64,000 bases of DNA from Candidatus Daviesbacteria bacterium (GCA_028715175.1 JAQUSJ010000002.1:92117-156116); one strand, 5' to 3'. Shown: positions 22,311-32,469, counted from the first letter of the stretch. A program made the numbers and translations. Notes: generated from the letters alone by a model not told the origin.

Positions 22311-22354
22311 TAATCCCTTGCTACATGCTACCAGCTGCTTACTAACAACTCTTG

Positions 22355-22427
22355 TGGACCGTACCGGGCTCGAACCGGTCACCTTCTGACTGCCAGCCAG
22401 ACGCTCTACCAAATGAGCTAACGGCCC
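22355..22427 (-). tRNA. tRNA-Ala (GGC)
   Basis: Acceptor GGGCCGT/ACGGTCC with G3:U70; anticodon loop CTGGCAG; T-arm ACCGGTTCGAGCCCGGT. Confidence 0.65.
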
Positions 22428-22526
22428 TTCTTTATAATTATACCAGGATTTACGCATTTTGTGCGTAGATTCTTATAAAACTCGTGCGTAATTGCGTAAG
22501 TCCTGTTATTAGTCTAATTTGACCTA

Positions 22527-23645
22527 TTATTTTAAAATAGCCAGCGGATTCAAAGCCACCCCTCTATAGCGGATTTCCAAATGTAAATGAGTGCCTGTTG
22601 ACCTACCTGTTGAACCCATTTGTCCAATTAGCTGCCCCCTGGAAACAGTCTGTCCGGCGGAAACATAAACATTGGAAAGATGAGCGTATAAAGAAGTATA
22701 ACCATTACCATGATCAATCACCACTCTGTTGCCATAACCTGTGCTGTCCGGCCAGCCGGCCACAATAATCGTACCGCCGTCTGAAGCCGCAATGCCCGGA
22801 ACGCTTCTGTTAGCCACATCAATTCCCGGATGATACCATGAGTAGTATTGGCTTAACATACCTCCTGCAGGCCAGATAAAAACACCTCCTCCGGGCGCTG
22901 TAAAGGCCGGTGACTCCGGCCCCTGCGCCAGATACTGTGGTTGAGGTTTTGGTTTAGGCGGCAATTTTGTCTCAGGCGGCGACCCGTCAGGAATAATTAA
23001 CACTTGTCCTGCTTTTAAGCTAAAATCATCCGGAACATCATTAAACGGAAAATCCACTATGGCTTGTTGTTCCGCGGAATTTTTTTTGGCAACAGATTCC
23101 AAGGTATCGCCTGCTTTTACAATATAAGATACACCGGTTACAGGCAAAATCTTCAAAATTTGACCCGGCTTTATGATATCTCCTGTTAAATTATTCTCCC
23201 ATTTAATAGTCTCGCTCGAGATATTGAATTTAACAGCAATCGAAGAGAGAGTGTCCCCGTTCTCCACTTTGTATTCGATGGTTTCAGAACGCGGTTTCTC
23301 GCTAACATTGGTATGCAGGTCTGCTGATCCACTGACAACCGGGCCATTTGGAAAAGGTTCAAAAGCTTCAGTGAATCTTGGATCCGGCCCGCCTATGCCC
23401 GGAAAAGTGGAAGAAATCAAACTCTGTCCTCCGAATACGCCTGATGTTAAGATCCCGATTGAAACAAGACCAACCATAGATCCATGCCAAAATTTTTTCT
23501 GGTGCGCTCCGCGCTCATACATTAGAGCATCTTTCACAATGTTTTTAGCTCCTTCAAAATTATGCGCAAAATACTTTATTTTACGTTTGGAGTACCAGAT
23601 TAGGGCACGAAAGAGGGCCTGGAGATCGTCTGCTAAAGAATTCAC
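22527..23645 (-). CDS. M23 family peptidase with two LysM domains
   Basis: LysM-like YKVENGDTLSSIAVKF and YIVKAGDTLESVAKKN. C-terminal M23 motifs HPGIDVA...GYGNRVVIDHGNGYTSLYAHL...GSTGRSTGTHLHLEIR. Confidence 0.8.
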   Translation of the reverse strand: MNSLADDLQALFRALIWYSKRKIKYFAHNFEGAKNIVKDALMYERGAHQKKFWHGSMVGLVSIGILTSGVFGGQSLISSTFPGIGGPDPRFTEAFEPFPNGPVVSGSADLHTNVSEKPRSETIEYKVENGDTLSSIAVKFNISSETIKWENNLTGDIIKPGQILKILPVTGVSYIVKAGDTLESVAKKNSAEQQAIVDFPFNDVPDDFSLKAGQVLIIPDGSPPETKLPPKPKPQPQYLAQGPESPAFTAPGGGVFIWPAGGMLSQYYSWYHPGIDVANRSVPGIAASDGGTIIVAGWPDSTGYGNRVVIDHGNGYTSLYAHLSNVYVSAGQTVSRGQLIGQMGSTGRSTGTHLHLEIRYRGVALNPLAILK

Positions 23646-23683
23646 CCAACTATTTTAACAGAGGGAGTCAATCATAAGCAAAA

Positions 23684-23763
23684 TAGCTATCAGTCATCAG
23701 TCTTCAGCTGTCAGACTAAAAAAATACAGGTCTGACGACTGAAAGCTGATAGCTGACGACTAC
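23684..23763. repeat. Family-A element at the M23-peptidase|rho junction; supplies the rho stop codon
   Basis: tagctatcagtcatcagtcttcagctgtcagac...gtctgacgactgaaagctgatagctgacgactactTAA. Confidence 0.8.
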
Positions 23764-25148
23764 TTAACATCTTTCAATGTCTTTAAGAATTCATCATTAG
23801 ATTCAGCCTTGGCTAACCTTTCCAGGAAAATCTCTGTTTTTTCATTCTCATTCAATATCCCGATCATCCTTCTCATGATGATCATTTGCTTGTAAGTATC
23901 TTCCGGAAAAAGCAGCTGCTCCTGTCTGGTACCTGAAGCTTCAATATCTATTGCCGGGAAAATTCTTCTTTCGGCAAGTTTTCGATCCAGATGCAACTCC
24001 ATATTGCCTGTACCCTTAAATTCCTCATAAATTAAATCATCCATCCTGGAGCCTGTATCAACCAGGGCTGTACCAATTATTGTTAACGACCCGCCTTCCT
24101 CACAGTTCCTTGCAGCCCCGAAAAAGTGTTTCGGAGGGTAAAGAGCCACCGGATCAAATCCGCCCGATAAGGTCCTTCCGGAGGGCGGTACAGACAAGTT
24201 ATATGCCCGCCCGAGGCGGGTAATCGAGTCTAACAGGATAACAACGTCCTTACCGCTTTCAACAAGCCTTTTGGCCCGCTCCAGGGCTATTTCGGCAGCT
24301 GTGGTTTGAGCCTCAGCCGGTTCATCAAAATTGCTGGCTATAACATCACCTTTGATAGACCGGGACAGATCTGTCACTTCTTCCGGTCTCTCACCTACCA
24401 AAACCGCCATAAGTATTACGTCGGGATGATTTTTGGCAACACCGGTAGCAATATCTTTTAAGATAGTGGTTTTACCTGCTTTTGGCGGTGAAACAATTAA
24501 ACCCCTCTGACCAAATCCGATCGGCGCCACCAAATCTATCACCCGCTGACTAAAAGGGGTTTTGCCTGTTTCAAGTTTTAAGTGTTTGTTAGGATAAATC
24601 GCTGTCAAATCCTCAAATTTCGGCCGCTTGACCGGTCTGCCCTCGGAAGATATTAATTTATCCGCATTTTCTCCATTTACTTTATTGACCTGCAGCAGTC
24701 CAAAATATCTTTCAGTTTCTTTGGGGGGCCTGGCTGCTCCTTCGACAAAATCGCCCGAACGTAACCAAAACCTTCTGATCTGGCTGGCGGAAATATATAC
24801 ATCTGCATCTGAGGGTATATATTTAGGTCTAAGAAACCCATGACCTTCTGACATAATATCCAGGACACCGGAAACTTCTTCTGTGGGTACATCACGGTCT
24901 GAGTAACGGTTACCATTAGAATAGCCGTTACGGACGTTAGATGATGGAGAATAGAGGGTAGATCTTTGAGGATAGAAATTAGAAGGTGGATTACTTTCAT
25001 TCGATCCTCCATTTTCCATCTTCGAAGTACTATCTTCTACCATCGATTTTCCATCGTCTGTCTGCTGTGGCTCTCCCACCAACTCCTCAGCCGATACTGT
25101 TTCGTCTGACGACTGATGTGGTTTAAATGATTTTGTTACACGAGGCAT
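23760..25148 (-). CDS. rho: Transcription termination factor Rho (with N-terminal extension)
   Basis: RNA-binding region [15 protein letters not shown]; Walker [19 protein letters not shown]; [33 protein letters not shown]. Confidence 0.85.
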   Translation of the reverse strand: MPRVTKSFKPHQSSDETVSAEELVGEPQQTDDGKSMVEDSTSKMENGGSNESNPPSNFYPQRSTLYSPSSNVRNGYSNGNRYSDRDVPTEEVSGVLDIMSEGHGFLRPKYIPSDADVYISASQIRRFWLRSGDFVEGAARPPKETERYFGLLQVNKVNGENADKLISSEGRPVKRPKFEDLTAIYPNKHLKLETGKTPFSQRVIDLVAPIGFGQRGLIVSPPKAGKTTILKDIATGVAKNHPDVILMAVLVGERPEEVTDLSRSIKGDVIASNFDEPAEAQTTAAEIALERAKRLVESGKDVVILLDSITRLGRAYNLSVPPSGRTLSGGFDPVALYPPKHFFGAARNCEEGGSLTIIGTALVDTGSRMDDLIYEEFKGTGNMELHLDRKLAERRIFPAIDIEASGTRQEQLLFPEDTYKQMIIMRRMIGILNENEKTEIFLERLAKAESNDEFLKTLKDVK

Positions 25149-25288
25149 AGGTTTGGAAAGTTTTTAGTTTTTAATTTTCAGTGAATGATCATTGATCATT
25201 GTAACATTGGAAACTCATTGTAAATTGAAAATTGATAATTGAAAATTGAGGCTTACATTTATAGTAAACCATACTACCCCAAGCTCTG

Positions 25289-26875
25289 TCAAGACCCGGC
25301 CCTGAATTGTCTGTCTTCCCAAATAAATTGCGGGTCATTTTCCAAATCTTTCTTGATCTTTCTAAACCCTCTCATCCTAAATCCTGCCGGAATAAAAGCC
25401 AAAGCTGACCAGGCAATTGCCGGCAAACCTGTTTTTGGCAAAGTGGTAACTGAAACTCCCGCCACTTGCGGCTGTACCACTACTGGCTGTGCAGCAGTAG
25501 CAACGCCCACATTACCAAAGGTAATAGTATTAGTATTGTTGCTGGAACTTGAGCTTGAACTTGTACTCGAACTTGTATTGTTATTGTAGTTGATTGTATT
25601 TCCGCCTTGAGGTATGCAGGCAGCGCTTTGTCTGGTACAAACATTTCCGCAATTATCCACTCCGGTATTTATTTGCCCACAGACTGAAGGCATCTGGACG
25701 CTGCAACTGCCGTCAGGAGTACAACCAGGCTGGCAAGCTTCACCTGTTTTAGTACAAGCATTGCCGCAGTTATCTACACCGGTAGTAGTTTGATCACAAT
25801 TTGGTGTCGGAGCTGAACATGATCCATCAGGAACACATGCGGCAGCAGCTTGAACTGTAAAACTGGCACTATCTTGACAAGCAGCACCTGACTGACCAGG
25901 AGTAGTTACAAGTAATGTATAAGTTCCAGTTGTGGAAGGTGTAATAAATTGACCATTGCCCACGTTGCCTACGCCGCTCACGCTCAAATTGACATTATCG
26001 GCCAATAACCCTGTTCCGTCGTGAAATCCTCCTACCCTGATTTGATCACCAAGATTAATGGTTTTGGAGCTGTCCCAAGGGTCAGATAAGTTCCTTTGTA
26101 CTCTAGCCTGAGTTGAATCATAGTTACATTGGGGAGCAGGAGATGCTGGTGGACAGGCTGCTCTATTGTAAGCTGCAACCATGGAATTTGTATCCCAGGG
26201 ACCGGGATAACCTGCTATTTCAAGTTCGCGTCTTAGCTGATCCAGTGTTTTTTCACCTTTACAGGTGGTAACATTCTGCGGGGGTGTTGGTGTAGGGGCC
26301 GGAGTAGGAGCTGGTGTAGGAGCTGGTCCAGCACAATTTGTGTTAAGATTAAAAGTTCTTCCACCTAAAATCCCATGACCTGCTCTTCCAATATCAACTT
26401 GAACTCTACCACAATTGTAAGAAGGAACAGATAAGTAAGTTGAAATTTCTGAACCTGGAGCTGGAATATTAATTGTTATATTGCTAGGACTCCGCGCTGA
26501 ATCATCTGCCAGATCACCGGGCGTTAAGTCCGGAGCACAAGCATTCCCACCTGAAGTTTTACAATGGTAAACACCAAATTGAACATTTAAAGAACCCGCA
26601 GGAAGACTTCCGTTATTACCTATATTTACTTTTAAAGGTGAGGTATATGAACTATTGTCGTCAAATGAAACTCCCAAGCCCTGGTCATCTGTAGCACTAG
26701 CTTGCTTGATTGACCAAAGGTTAGGTTGGAAGATATTGCACAAAAGGAATAAAAGAATAGCTCCAATACTAAAAATTGGGAACAGATATTTTTTAAATAA
26801 GGGCAAAAACCAATTCATATTACGCATTATATCAACTATAGGACGCGTTGTCAAGACTGCATCTTTGTTTGACAA
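25289..26875 (-). CDS. Secreted Cys-rich repeat protein with PAPTPAPTPAPTPTPP linker and C-terminal LPKTG sortase-type sorting signal
   Basis: N-terminal signal/anchor; duplicated CTPDGSCS...TGVDNCGN(A/V)CT modules; LPKTG followed by hydrophobic stretch and RMRGFRKIKK. Confidence 0.6.
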   Translation of the reverse strand: MSNKDAVLTTRPIVDIMRNMNWFLPLFKKYLFPIFSIGAILLFLLCNIFQPNLWSIKQASATDDQGLGVSFDDNSSYTSPLKVNIGNNGSLPAGSLNVQFGVYHCKTSGGNACAPDLTPGDLADDSARSPSNITINIPAPGSEISTYLSVPSYNCGRVQVDIGRAGHGILGGRTFNLNTNCAGPAPTPAPTPAPTPTPPQNVTTCKGEKTLDQLRRELEIAGYPGPWDTNSMVAAYNRAACPPASPAPQCNYDSTQARVQRNLSDPWDSSKTINLGDQIRVGGFHDGTGLLADNVNLSVSGVGNVGNGQFITPSTTGTYTLLVTTPGQSGAACQDSASFTVQAAAACVPDGSCSAPTPNCDQTTTGVDNCGNACTKTGEACQPGCTPDGSCSVQMPSVCGQINTGVDNCGNVCTRQSAACIPQGGNTINYNNNTSSSTSSSSSSSNNTNTITFGNVGVATAAQPVVVQPQVAGVSVTTLPKTGLPAIAWSALAFIPAGFRMRGFRKIKKDLENDPQFIWEDRQFRAGS

Positions 26876-27520
26876 TTACCTGAAATATGTCTCGTTTGCA
26901 AATTTGACTTGTTCGATAAACAACCGTTTTATCTCACATATACTTCCCTGCTCGTAAAATAAAATCAGGGCTTTTTCTAGCGGGTTTTTGAGTTTGTTTA
27001 TAATGGTGATCGTTTTTTCAAAAACTTCCCTTATTGGTTAATAAAATTCAGAATATACTTCTGCCGCGGAATCAAAATCGTCTCATCCGTATACTATAAT
27101 AGTATCATTACTAGTATCGTTTTGAACGAATTGTCAAGAAACCAGGTTGGAAGCAAAAATGCGGGACTATAGCCTGCCCTAATTGATAGCTACTATTGGA
27201 GACTAATCTCCCGCTTCGCGGGACTATAGCCTGCCCTTAGAACTTGCAACCTAACGATCACAATCGGGAGCTTGTCCCTGCCCTAGACAAACCCCCGATT
27301 CTAATCATTAAACGAGCAAGTTCGCGGCGTGTTGATCAACCCCCAATATTTACTACCAAAATGTTAATGTTCCAAACCCCTCTTTTTGAGGTAATATATT
27401 GTCCAATTTTTCTAAATCCAAGCTATTTTGGGGTATTGACAACCCCCTAAAAATTGCTCTATTGTTGATTTAGAAAACAATTTCTATCTGCTCTTGAAAT
27501 TGTTTTCGAAATTAATAAAG

Positions 27521-27571
27521 GAGCATTGCTATTCGAGTCCGTCTGCGGTAGTAATGCTCTTTTTTTACCTT
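27521..27571 (+). terminator. Intrinsic-terminator-like hairpin (GAGCATTGC...GTAATGCTC then T7)
   Basis: Stem read directly, followed by ttttttt. Loop contains GTCCGTCTGCGG, shared with the next hairpin. Confidence 0.4.
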
Positions 27572-27817
27572 TTGGACTTTTTGGTACATACCTCTATCTT
27601 TTAGATTAAAGCTATCTGCCAAAAAGTCCATCACAATCTTTTATCTCGCAAAAGCAAAAAGCAGCGAAGTTAGGAGCAAGAAAAAATGTTGTTTGTTTTG
27701 TGTCACTTCGCTCCATGAGTTAATTACCGGTAGACACAAAATAAACACAAACGAGCAAGTCTCTACCGTGCGAGTGATTTTTTCTGCCCTAACGAGCTGA
27801 TTTATTTTTTAAAGTAC

Positions 27818-27866
27818 AAAAAAGGAAAGTGCGTCCGTCTGCTTCGCACTTTCCTTTTTTCTAACC
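27818..27866. terminator. Bidirectional intrinsic-terminator-like hairpin (GGAAAGTGCG...CGCACTTTCC, flanked by A6 and T6)
   Basis: 10-bp stem, loop TCCGTCTGCTT, A-run upstream and T-run downstream; lies downstream of the minus-strand yacL-like gene. Confidence 0.5.
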
Positions 27867-28200
27867 TCTAACCATTAGAATTAACTTCTGGTCAGCTGTC
27901 CGTAATATCTTCTTTACCTGTTCCGTTACCATAATATCTACACCGCTTGTTCTTGCTCTAATCCTTTTTTCCCTTCTTAAACCGGTCATGAACCTACTTA
28001 CGAACATAATATATCTACATTATCAGGAAAAAAACTATTTGTCAAGTTTTTTAAGTCCCATAAGTTTTTTTACTCTACTTTTTCCTAGACCTGTAGTTAT
28101 TATTGGGGGCTATGATGGGTGTTTTATCCTGTTATGACAAGCTAAAATAAGGGTATCCTTTTAGATATTAACAGAAAACTAAGTAATGTGGAAAAGTAGA

Positions 28201-28272
28201 TGTCAGTCTTCAGCTATCAGCTGTCAGACTAAGAATTCTTGTCTGACGACTGACGACTGACGACTGACTACT
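28201..28272. repeat. Family-A element downstream of yacL-like gene; supplies its TAG stop
   Basis: tgtcagtcttcagctatcagctgtcagac-taagaattctt-gtctgacgactgacgactgacgactgactactg. Confidence 0.8.
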
Positions 28273-29149
28273 GCCCTATTTCCTTTGCAAATATCATCCT
28301 GCCTGCAGGGGTTTGAATGTTTTTAGTAACTTCAATCTTAATTGTTTGACCGATTTTGTCGGCAGATCCTGAAACAACCACCATAGTGCCGTCTTCAAGA
28401 TACCCTACGCCCTGTCTGCTGTCTTTACCCAGATGTACGATTTTTATTTCAAAATTCTCCCCGGGCAAACTGACTGTTTTAACTGCATTTGCCAAATCAT
28501 TCACATTCAATACGGTAATGTTCCAAACCGAAGCAAGCTTATTAAGATTAAAATCTGTGGTGATAATCCGGCCATTTAGGGCTTTTGCCAGCTTCAATAA
28601 TTTATCATCAACAAATTTGCCGTTTTGTTCCTTATCCCAAATCTGAAGTTGTACATTTTTAGTCTTCTTCAGCTCTTCTACAACCTCAAAACCGCGCCTC
28701 CCTCTTGTCCTTTTCAGACTATCCGATGAGTCTGCTACTTGCTGAAGCTCTGTTAAAACAAAATTTGGCACAAGTATTAATCCGCTCGCAAACCCTGTTT
28801 TTGCTATATCCAGAATTCTGCCATCAATGATAGCAGAAGTATCTAAAATTAAGGGTCTGGCGGACAGAGGAACAACTGGAGTAGTGGCAGGACGTTTGCT
28901 GATTTGCCTTGATACTTCAAATGACAACCTGTGAACCACAAAATTGAATGTGGTCATTGTTATCTTCACCACAGATTTGGCAATCGATGGAAAAACTACA
29001 TAACCCAAACCGCCTGCCGCCAGCGTGAGCAGCACCCTTATAATAAAGGAGTTTTCCCCAAAAAAAGGCGGGATAAGCTGCGAATAAATACTAGCTATGG
29101 TCGCAAAAATGAACGCCAATATCAGGCGGATAACAAATTGTACACGCAC
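28268..29149 (-). CDS. YacL-like membrane protein with PIN and TRAM domains
   Basis: N-terminal TM helices; PIN-like ILDTSAIIDGRI...TTDFNLNKLA; C-terminal TRAM-like VVVSGSADKIGQTIKIEVTKNIQTPAGRMIFAK. Adjacent to radA, as in Firmicutes. Confidence 0.6.
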   Translation of the reverse strand: MRVQFVIRLILAFIFATIASIYSQLIPPFFGENSFIIRVLLTLAAGGLGYVVFPSIAKSVVKITMTTFNFVVHRLSFEVSRQISKRPATTPVVPLSARPLILDTSAIIDGRILDIAKTGFASGLILVPNFVLTELQQVADSSDSLKRTRGRRGFEVVEELKKTKNVQLQIWDKEQNGKFVDDKLLKLAKALNGRIITTDFNLNKLASVWNITVLNVNDLANAVKTVSLPGENFEIKIVHLGKDSRQGVGYLEDGTMVVVSGSADKIGQTIKIEVTKNIQTPAGRMIFAKEIGQ

Positions 29150-29195
29150 AAGATAAGTCCTTCTGCTAAGAGGAACTTAAAACTAACAATGAACT

Positions 29196-29335
29196 CTTAG
29201 CAACTGTATTTTGCCATATAGAATCTCAAAACTCAAATGTCAAAACTCAAAACTATAACTCAAATCTAAAATGTTCTAAAGTTTTGAGATTTAAGATATA
29301 GATTTGCGATTTGAGATCTAAGATTTGAGATTATA
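29196..29335. repeat. Long imperfect inverted repeat: (AAACTCAAA)n arm versus (TTTGAGAT)n arm
   Basis: caaaactcaaatgtcaaaactcaaaactataactcaaatc...gttttgagatttaagatatagatttgcgatttgagatctaagatttgagatt; lies between the LytR_C and yacL-like genes. Confidence 0.5.
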
Positions 29336-29924
29336 TTGAGTCTTTCCCGATGATTATTCTGGCAGAAGCTGTCCCCTCTTTTAATTCACCGGCAACTGAT
29401 GCGATCTTGATAATGTCTTTTAAATCTGCAACAACCAGTTCAACTTGACTCTCCAGCTCTTTTTTTACCAAAATTTGCGAAAGAGGGTAACTGTCTTTAT
29501 CGGCATTTCCGGTTTTAACAACAAGATAACCCAGAATTTGCACTTGATCGGCTATTTTCCTGGCTGCGCCGGTCACACCTGAACCGTTTAAGATTTCCAA
29601 ACTCCAATCCGATCTATTAAGAACCGGTTGGCTCGTCGGAGCTGGCGTAGGCGCAGGAGTGGAGATTGTAGTAACCGGAGACGGTTGGGTAATACTGCGG
29701 ACCGCGAAATATCCTCCAAAAAGCAACGCCGCCAAAACAACAATAATTATAAGTAATTTTTTACCTGACTTTTTCTCTTGAGATTTTTGTTCATACATCG
29801 ACTGTAAATCTTCCTTCGGGCGACTTATAAAACTTCTTTTTATAGGTTCTGATTCTGTCTTTTCAGACTCCTTAATTTCTTCAGCCTGATTTTCTGTTTC
29901 TATCACTGACTGCTCCTCATCCAT
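29331..29924 (-). CDS. Membrane-anchored LytR_C (cell-envelope-related attenuator C-terminal) domain protein
   Basis: TM helix LLIIIVVLAALLFGGYFAV; C-terminal WSLEILNGSGVTGAARKIADQVQILGY similar to LytR_C. Confidence 0.45.
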   Translation of the reverse strand: MDEEQSVIETENQAEEIKESEKTESEPIKRSFISRPKEDLQSMYEQKSQEKKSGKKLLIIIVVLAALLFGGYFAVRSITQPSPVTTISTPAPTPAPTSQPVLNRSDWSLEILNGSGVTGAARKIADQVQILGYLVVKTGNADKDSYPLSQILVKKELESQVELVVADLKDIIKIASVAGELKEGTASARIIIGKDSI

Positions 29925-29945
29925 ATAATTTAAGATTATATCCGA

Positions 29946-31358
29946 TTATAAATTATCTACAAGGGCCAATTTCATAGCTTCCGAGAGATTTCTGGCATTT
30001 TGGGAGGATATAACATTGGAATAACCCAGTTTTTGCGCTTCTTTAATCCTTTTATCAATTTGGCGGACTGCCCTAAGTTCCCCCAACAAACCAACCTCCC
30101 CGATTAAAACCGTTTTCTCTCTAATTGGAATATCTTTAAACGAAGAAACGATTGCCGTACAGACACCTAAGTCAGCGGCCGGCTCGGAAATTTTCAACCC
30201 CCCGACTACATTAACATATATATCAACATCAAACAGAGTTAAACCAAGTCTTTTTTGTAACACGGCCACCAAAAGCTGTAACCTGTTGTTATCTATACCA
30301 TTTCCCACTCTTCTGGGAATAGGCAGACCGCTTTTTGTAACAAGGGCTTGGATTTCCAAAAGCAGAGGCCGAAAACCGCTCTGTATTGCCACAACTGCCG
30401 AACCGGGCGCATTTTGTTTGGTATTTAAGAATACTTTAGAAGGATTTGTAACCTCAATCATGCCTCCCTCAACCATCTCAAAAACCCCGACTTCATCAGT
30501 CGGCCCAAACCTGTTTTTGGTAGCCCGCAGTATCCTGAACATACTGGCCGGATCGCCTTCCAGGGATAAAACCACATCTACAACATGTTCCAGAGTTTTT
30601 GGTCCGGCAATATTACCCTCTTTAGTCACATGGCCGACAAGGAAAATAGGAACATGAATGTCTTTTGCAAGTCTCTGGAGCCGATGGGTACACTCACGAA
30701 CCTGACCAACCGAACCTGCGATAGATTCCAGATCGGAAGTTTGAAGAGTTTGAATCGAATCCACTATCACAAGGCTGGGCCTTGCGAGGCTAATAGCCTC
30801 AATAATATTGTCCACATCTATCTCGTTTAGAACAGCTAAGCTGGCATTGGATTTTATCCTGTCAACTCTAATCTTAATCTGTTTGGCTGATTCTTCTCCG
30901 GCAATATAAAGAACACGAGAGTCATCAGCTTTCAGTATTGCTTCGCTGTCAGCTATCAGACTTTTTTTGTCTTTGTCTGACGACTGACGGCTGACTACTG
31001 ACGACTGATTGATGTTCAGCGCCAGTTGAGTCAAGAGCGTACTTTTGCCTATCCCGGGATCACCCGATACTAAAACCAACGATCCGTTAACAATCCCCCC
31101 GCCAAGACAACGATCAAACTCCTCCAGCTTTGTACTCACTCTTTTATAATCTGTCTTCTGGATCTTTGATAGATCTATTATTTCTACTTGTTTTCCGCTC
31201 TGCCTTACTGATCGCTGACGGCTGACAGCTGATAGCTCTTCTATTTGCTCTACAAATGAATTCCAGGAGTCGCACTGGGGACATTTACCTAAATATTGAG
31301 GCGCTTTGTAACCGCACTGCTGGCAGATATAACAGGACCTGTTGGTCTTACTGGTCAT
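29946..31358 (-). CDS. radA: DNA repair protein RadA/Sms (with two in-frame repeat-element insertions)
   Basis: N-terminal C4 zinc ribbon CQQCGYKAPQYLGKCPQCDSW; Walker A GDPGIGKSTLLTQ; KNRFG motif; Lon-like C-terminal domain. Confidence 0.85.
   Translation of the reverse strand: MTSKTNRSCYICQQCGYKAPQYLGKCPQCDSWNSFVEQIEELSAVSRQRSVRQSGKQVEIIDLSKIQKTDYKRVSTKLEEFDRCLGGGIVNGSLVLVSGDPGIGKSTLLTQLALNINQSSVVSRQSSDKDKKSLIADSEAILKADDSRVLYIAGEESAKQIKIRVDRIKSNASLAVLNEIDVDNIIEAISLARPSLVIVDSIQTLQTSDLESIAGSVGQVRECTHRLQRLAKDIHVPIFLVGHVTKEGNIAGPKTLEHVVDVVLSLEGDPASMFRILRATKNRFGPTDEVGVFEMVEGGMIEVTNPSKVFLNTKQNAPGSAVVAIQSGFRPLLLEIQALVTKSGLPIPRRVGNGIDNNRLQLLVAVLQKRLGLTLFDVDIYVNVVGGLKISEPAADLGVCTAIVSSFKDIPIREKTVLIGEVGLLGELRAVRQIDKRIKEAQKLGYSNVISSQNARNLSEAMKLALVDNL
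30921..31010. repeat. Family-A element inserted in frame inside radA (encodes SVVSRQSSDKDKKSLIADSEAILKADDSRV, 90 nt)
   Basis: gtcatcagctttcagtattgcttcgctgtcagctatcagac...gtctgacgactgacggctgactactgacgactga. Confidence 0.75.
31210..31240. repeat. Family-A half-element (right-arm heptads) in frame in radA (encodes SAVSRQRSVRQ)
   Basis: gatcgctgacggctgacagctgatagctc. Confidence 0.6.
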
Positions 31359-31365
31359 ATAAGTC

Positions 31366-32469
31366 TCATTTATAAATAAGTCCTGCTGTTGAAGTCACAA
31401 ATGGAGCTAAATTAATCCTTCTTCTCCCTATATCTACGCTATCAACCAAAAAATTCATACTTGCCCCTACCTCATATTTGTTATCAGCTTCCATTTTCGA
31501 AACCGGCAGGAAACCTTCTATATTGTCAAGTTTAACTGTTACACCGGCTTCCGAAACTGCTGTAACTTCTCCTTTAACGATCTCATCAGTCGGATAATCT
31601 TCGGCTAATTTTGCAAAAGGATCTTCTGTCAAATGTTTAATAGACAAATTCAACCTTCCCAGCTCCTCATCCAAACCCAAAACCAATATCTCAAGTTCCT
31701 GACCTGCTGAGAATTGTTTAGTTAAATCATCTACTTTTTCCCAGGAAACATCTGAAATAAATACCAATCCCTCTACCCCCGAAACATCAACAACCAATCC
31801 AAAAGGAAGCACTGCCACAATTTTACCTTTGACTTTTTGCTTAAGGCTAAAGTTTCTTAACTTTTTCAAAGCTTCCTCTGAAACTTGTCCGCGCTGCGAA
31901 AAAATTAATTTGTTGTTGTCCTGATTAACCTCTATAACGGTTACTGTCAAATCTTGCCCGATTAAATTATCCATGCTCGCCTCGCTGTCGCTCCGGCGAA
32001 GCGGGCCTGCGCCTGATTTGGAAAGTAGTTCAAACCCAACTTGCGAGTTTGGCAAAAACCCACGGACTCCCGTTACCTCCACTATCAAACCGCCTTTGTT
32101 AATCTCGGTCACTTTCCCCTGCAGCTTACTTTTTTGATTTTGAGCCTGTATAAATTTAGACCAGTTTATTCCATGACCTCTAAAAGATGAAGTTGCGATT
32201 TTACTTTGCGGAGACGAGGATAAAACCACCTGACCATTTTCATTTTCCGGCATGTAAACATAAGCTTTCAGCTTATCACCTATTTTTAGGTTTAATTTAA
32301 CTGAATCGGGAATATCGCGGCTGGCTATCACTCCTTCTGATTTAGAATCCAAATCCAAAGTGATTTCTTTACCGGTAATCGCTAAAACAGTACCTTCTAT
32401 TTCCTGTCCGCGGTGTAAAACTTTCAATTTTTGCACTTGAGAAGCCAAAAGCTCCTCCATAGTCACCAT
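31366..32469 (-). CDS. S1 RNA-binding domain protein (reduced ribosomal protein S1-like, about 4 S1 repeats)
   Basis: Repeated S1-like segments (GKVTEINKGGLIVEVTGVRGFLPNSQ; GKIVAVLPFGLVVDVSGVEGLVFISDVSW; GEVTAVSEAGVTVKL). Confidence 0.6.
   Translation of the reverse strand: MVTMEELLASQVQKLKVLHRGQEIEGTVLAITGKEITLDLDSKSEGVIASRDIPDSVKLNLKIGDKLKAYVYMPENENGQVVLSSSPQSKIATSSFRGHGINWSKFIQAQNQKSKLQGKVTEINKGGLIVEVTGVRGFLPNSQVGFELLSKSGAGPLRRSDSEASMDNLIGQDLTVTVIEVNQDNNKLIFSQRGQVSEEALKKLRNFSLKQKVKGKIVAVLPFGLVVDVSGVEGLVFISDVSWEKVDDLTKQFSAGQELEILVLGLDEELGRLNLSIKHLTEDPFAKLAEDYPTDEIVKGEVTAVSEAGVTVKLDNIEGFLPVSKMEADNKYEVGASMNFLVDSVDIGRRRINLAPFVTSTAGLIYK

Noticed and set aside
22148-22345. Plus-strand 65-aa ORF
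   Set aside because: It overlaps two tRNA-Ala genes on the opposite strand; not coding.
25239-25589. Plus-strand 116-aa ORF ending in LELELELVLELVLLL
   Set aside because: Antisense to the 3' part of the LPXTG Cys-rich gene. Its low-complexity tail mirrors the Ser/Asn-rich region of that protein.
31975-32030. GC-rich in-frame insert in the S1-domain gene (gctcgcctcgctgtcgctccggcgaagcgggcctgcgcc, giving GAGPLRRSDSEAS) and a similar SDSE-encoding GC-rich patch in pgk at 40250-40290
   Set aside because: They could be a fourth inserted element family, but only two loosely similar copies were seen, with no clear hairpin symmetry. This is insufficient to call.
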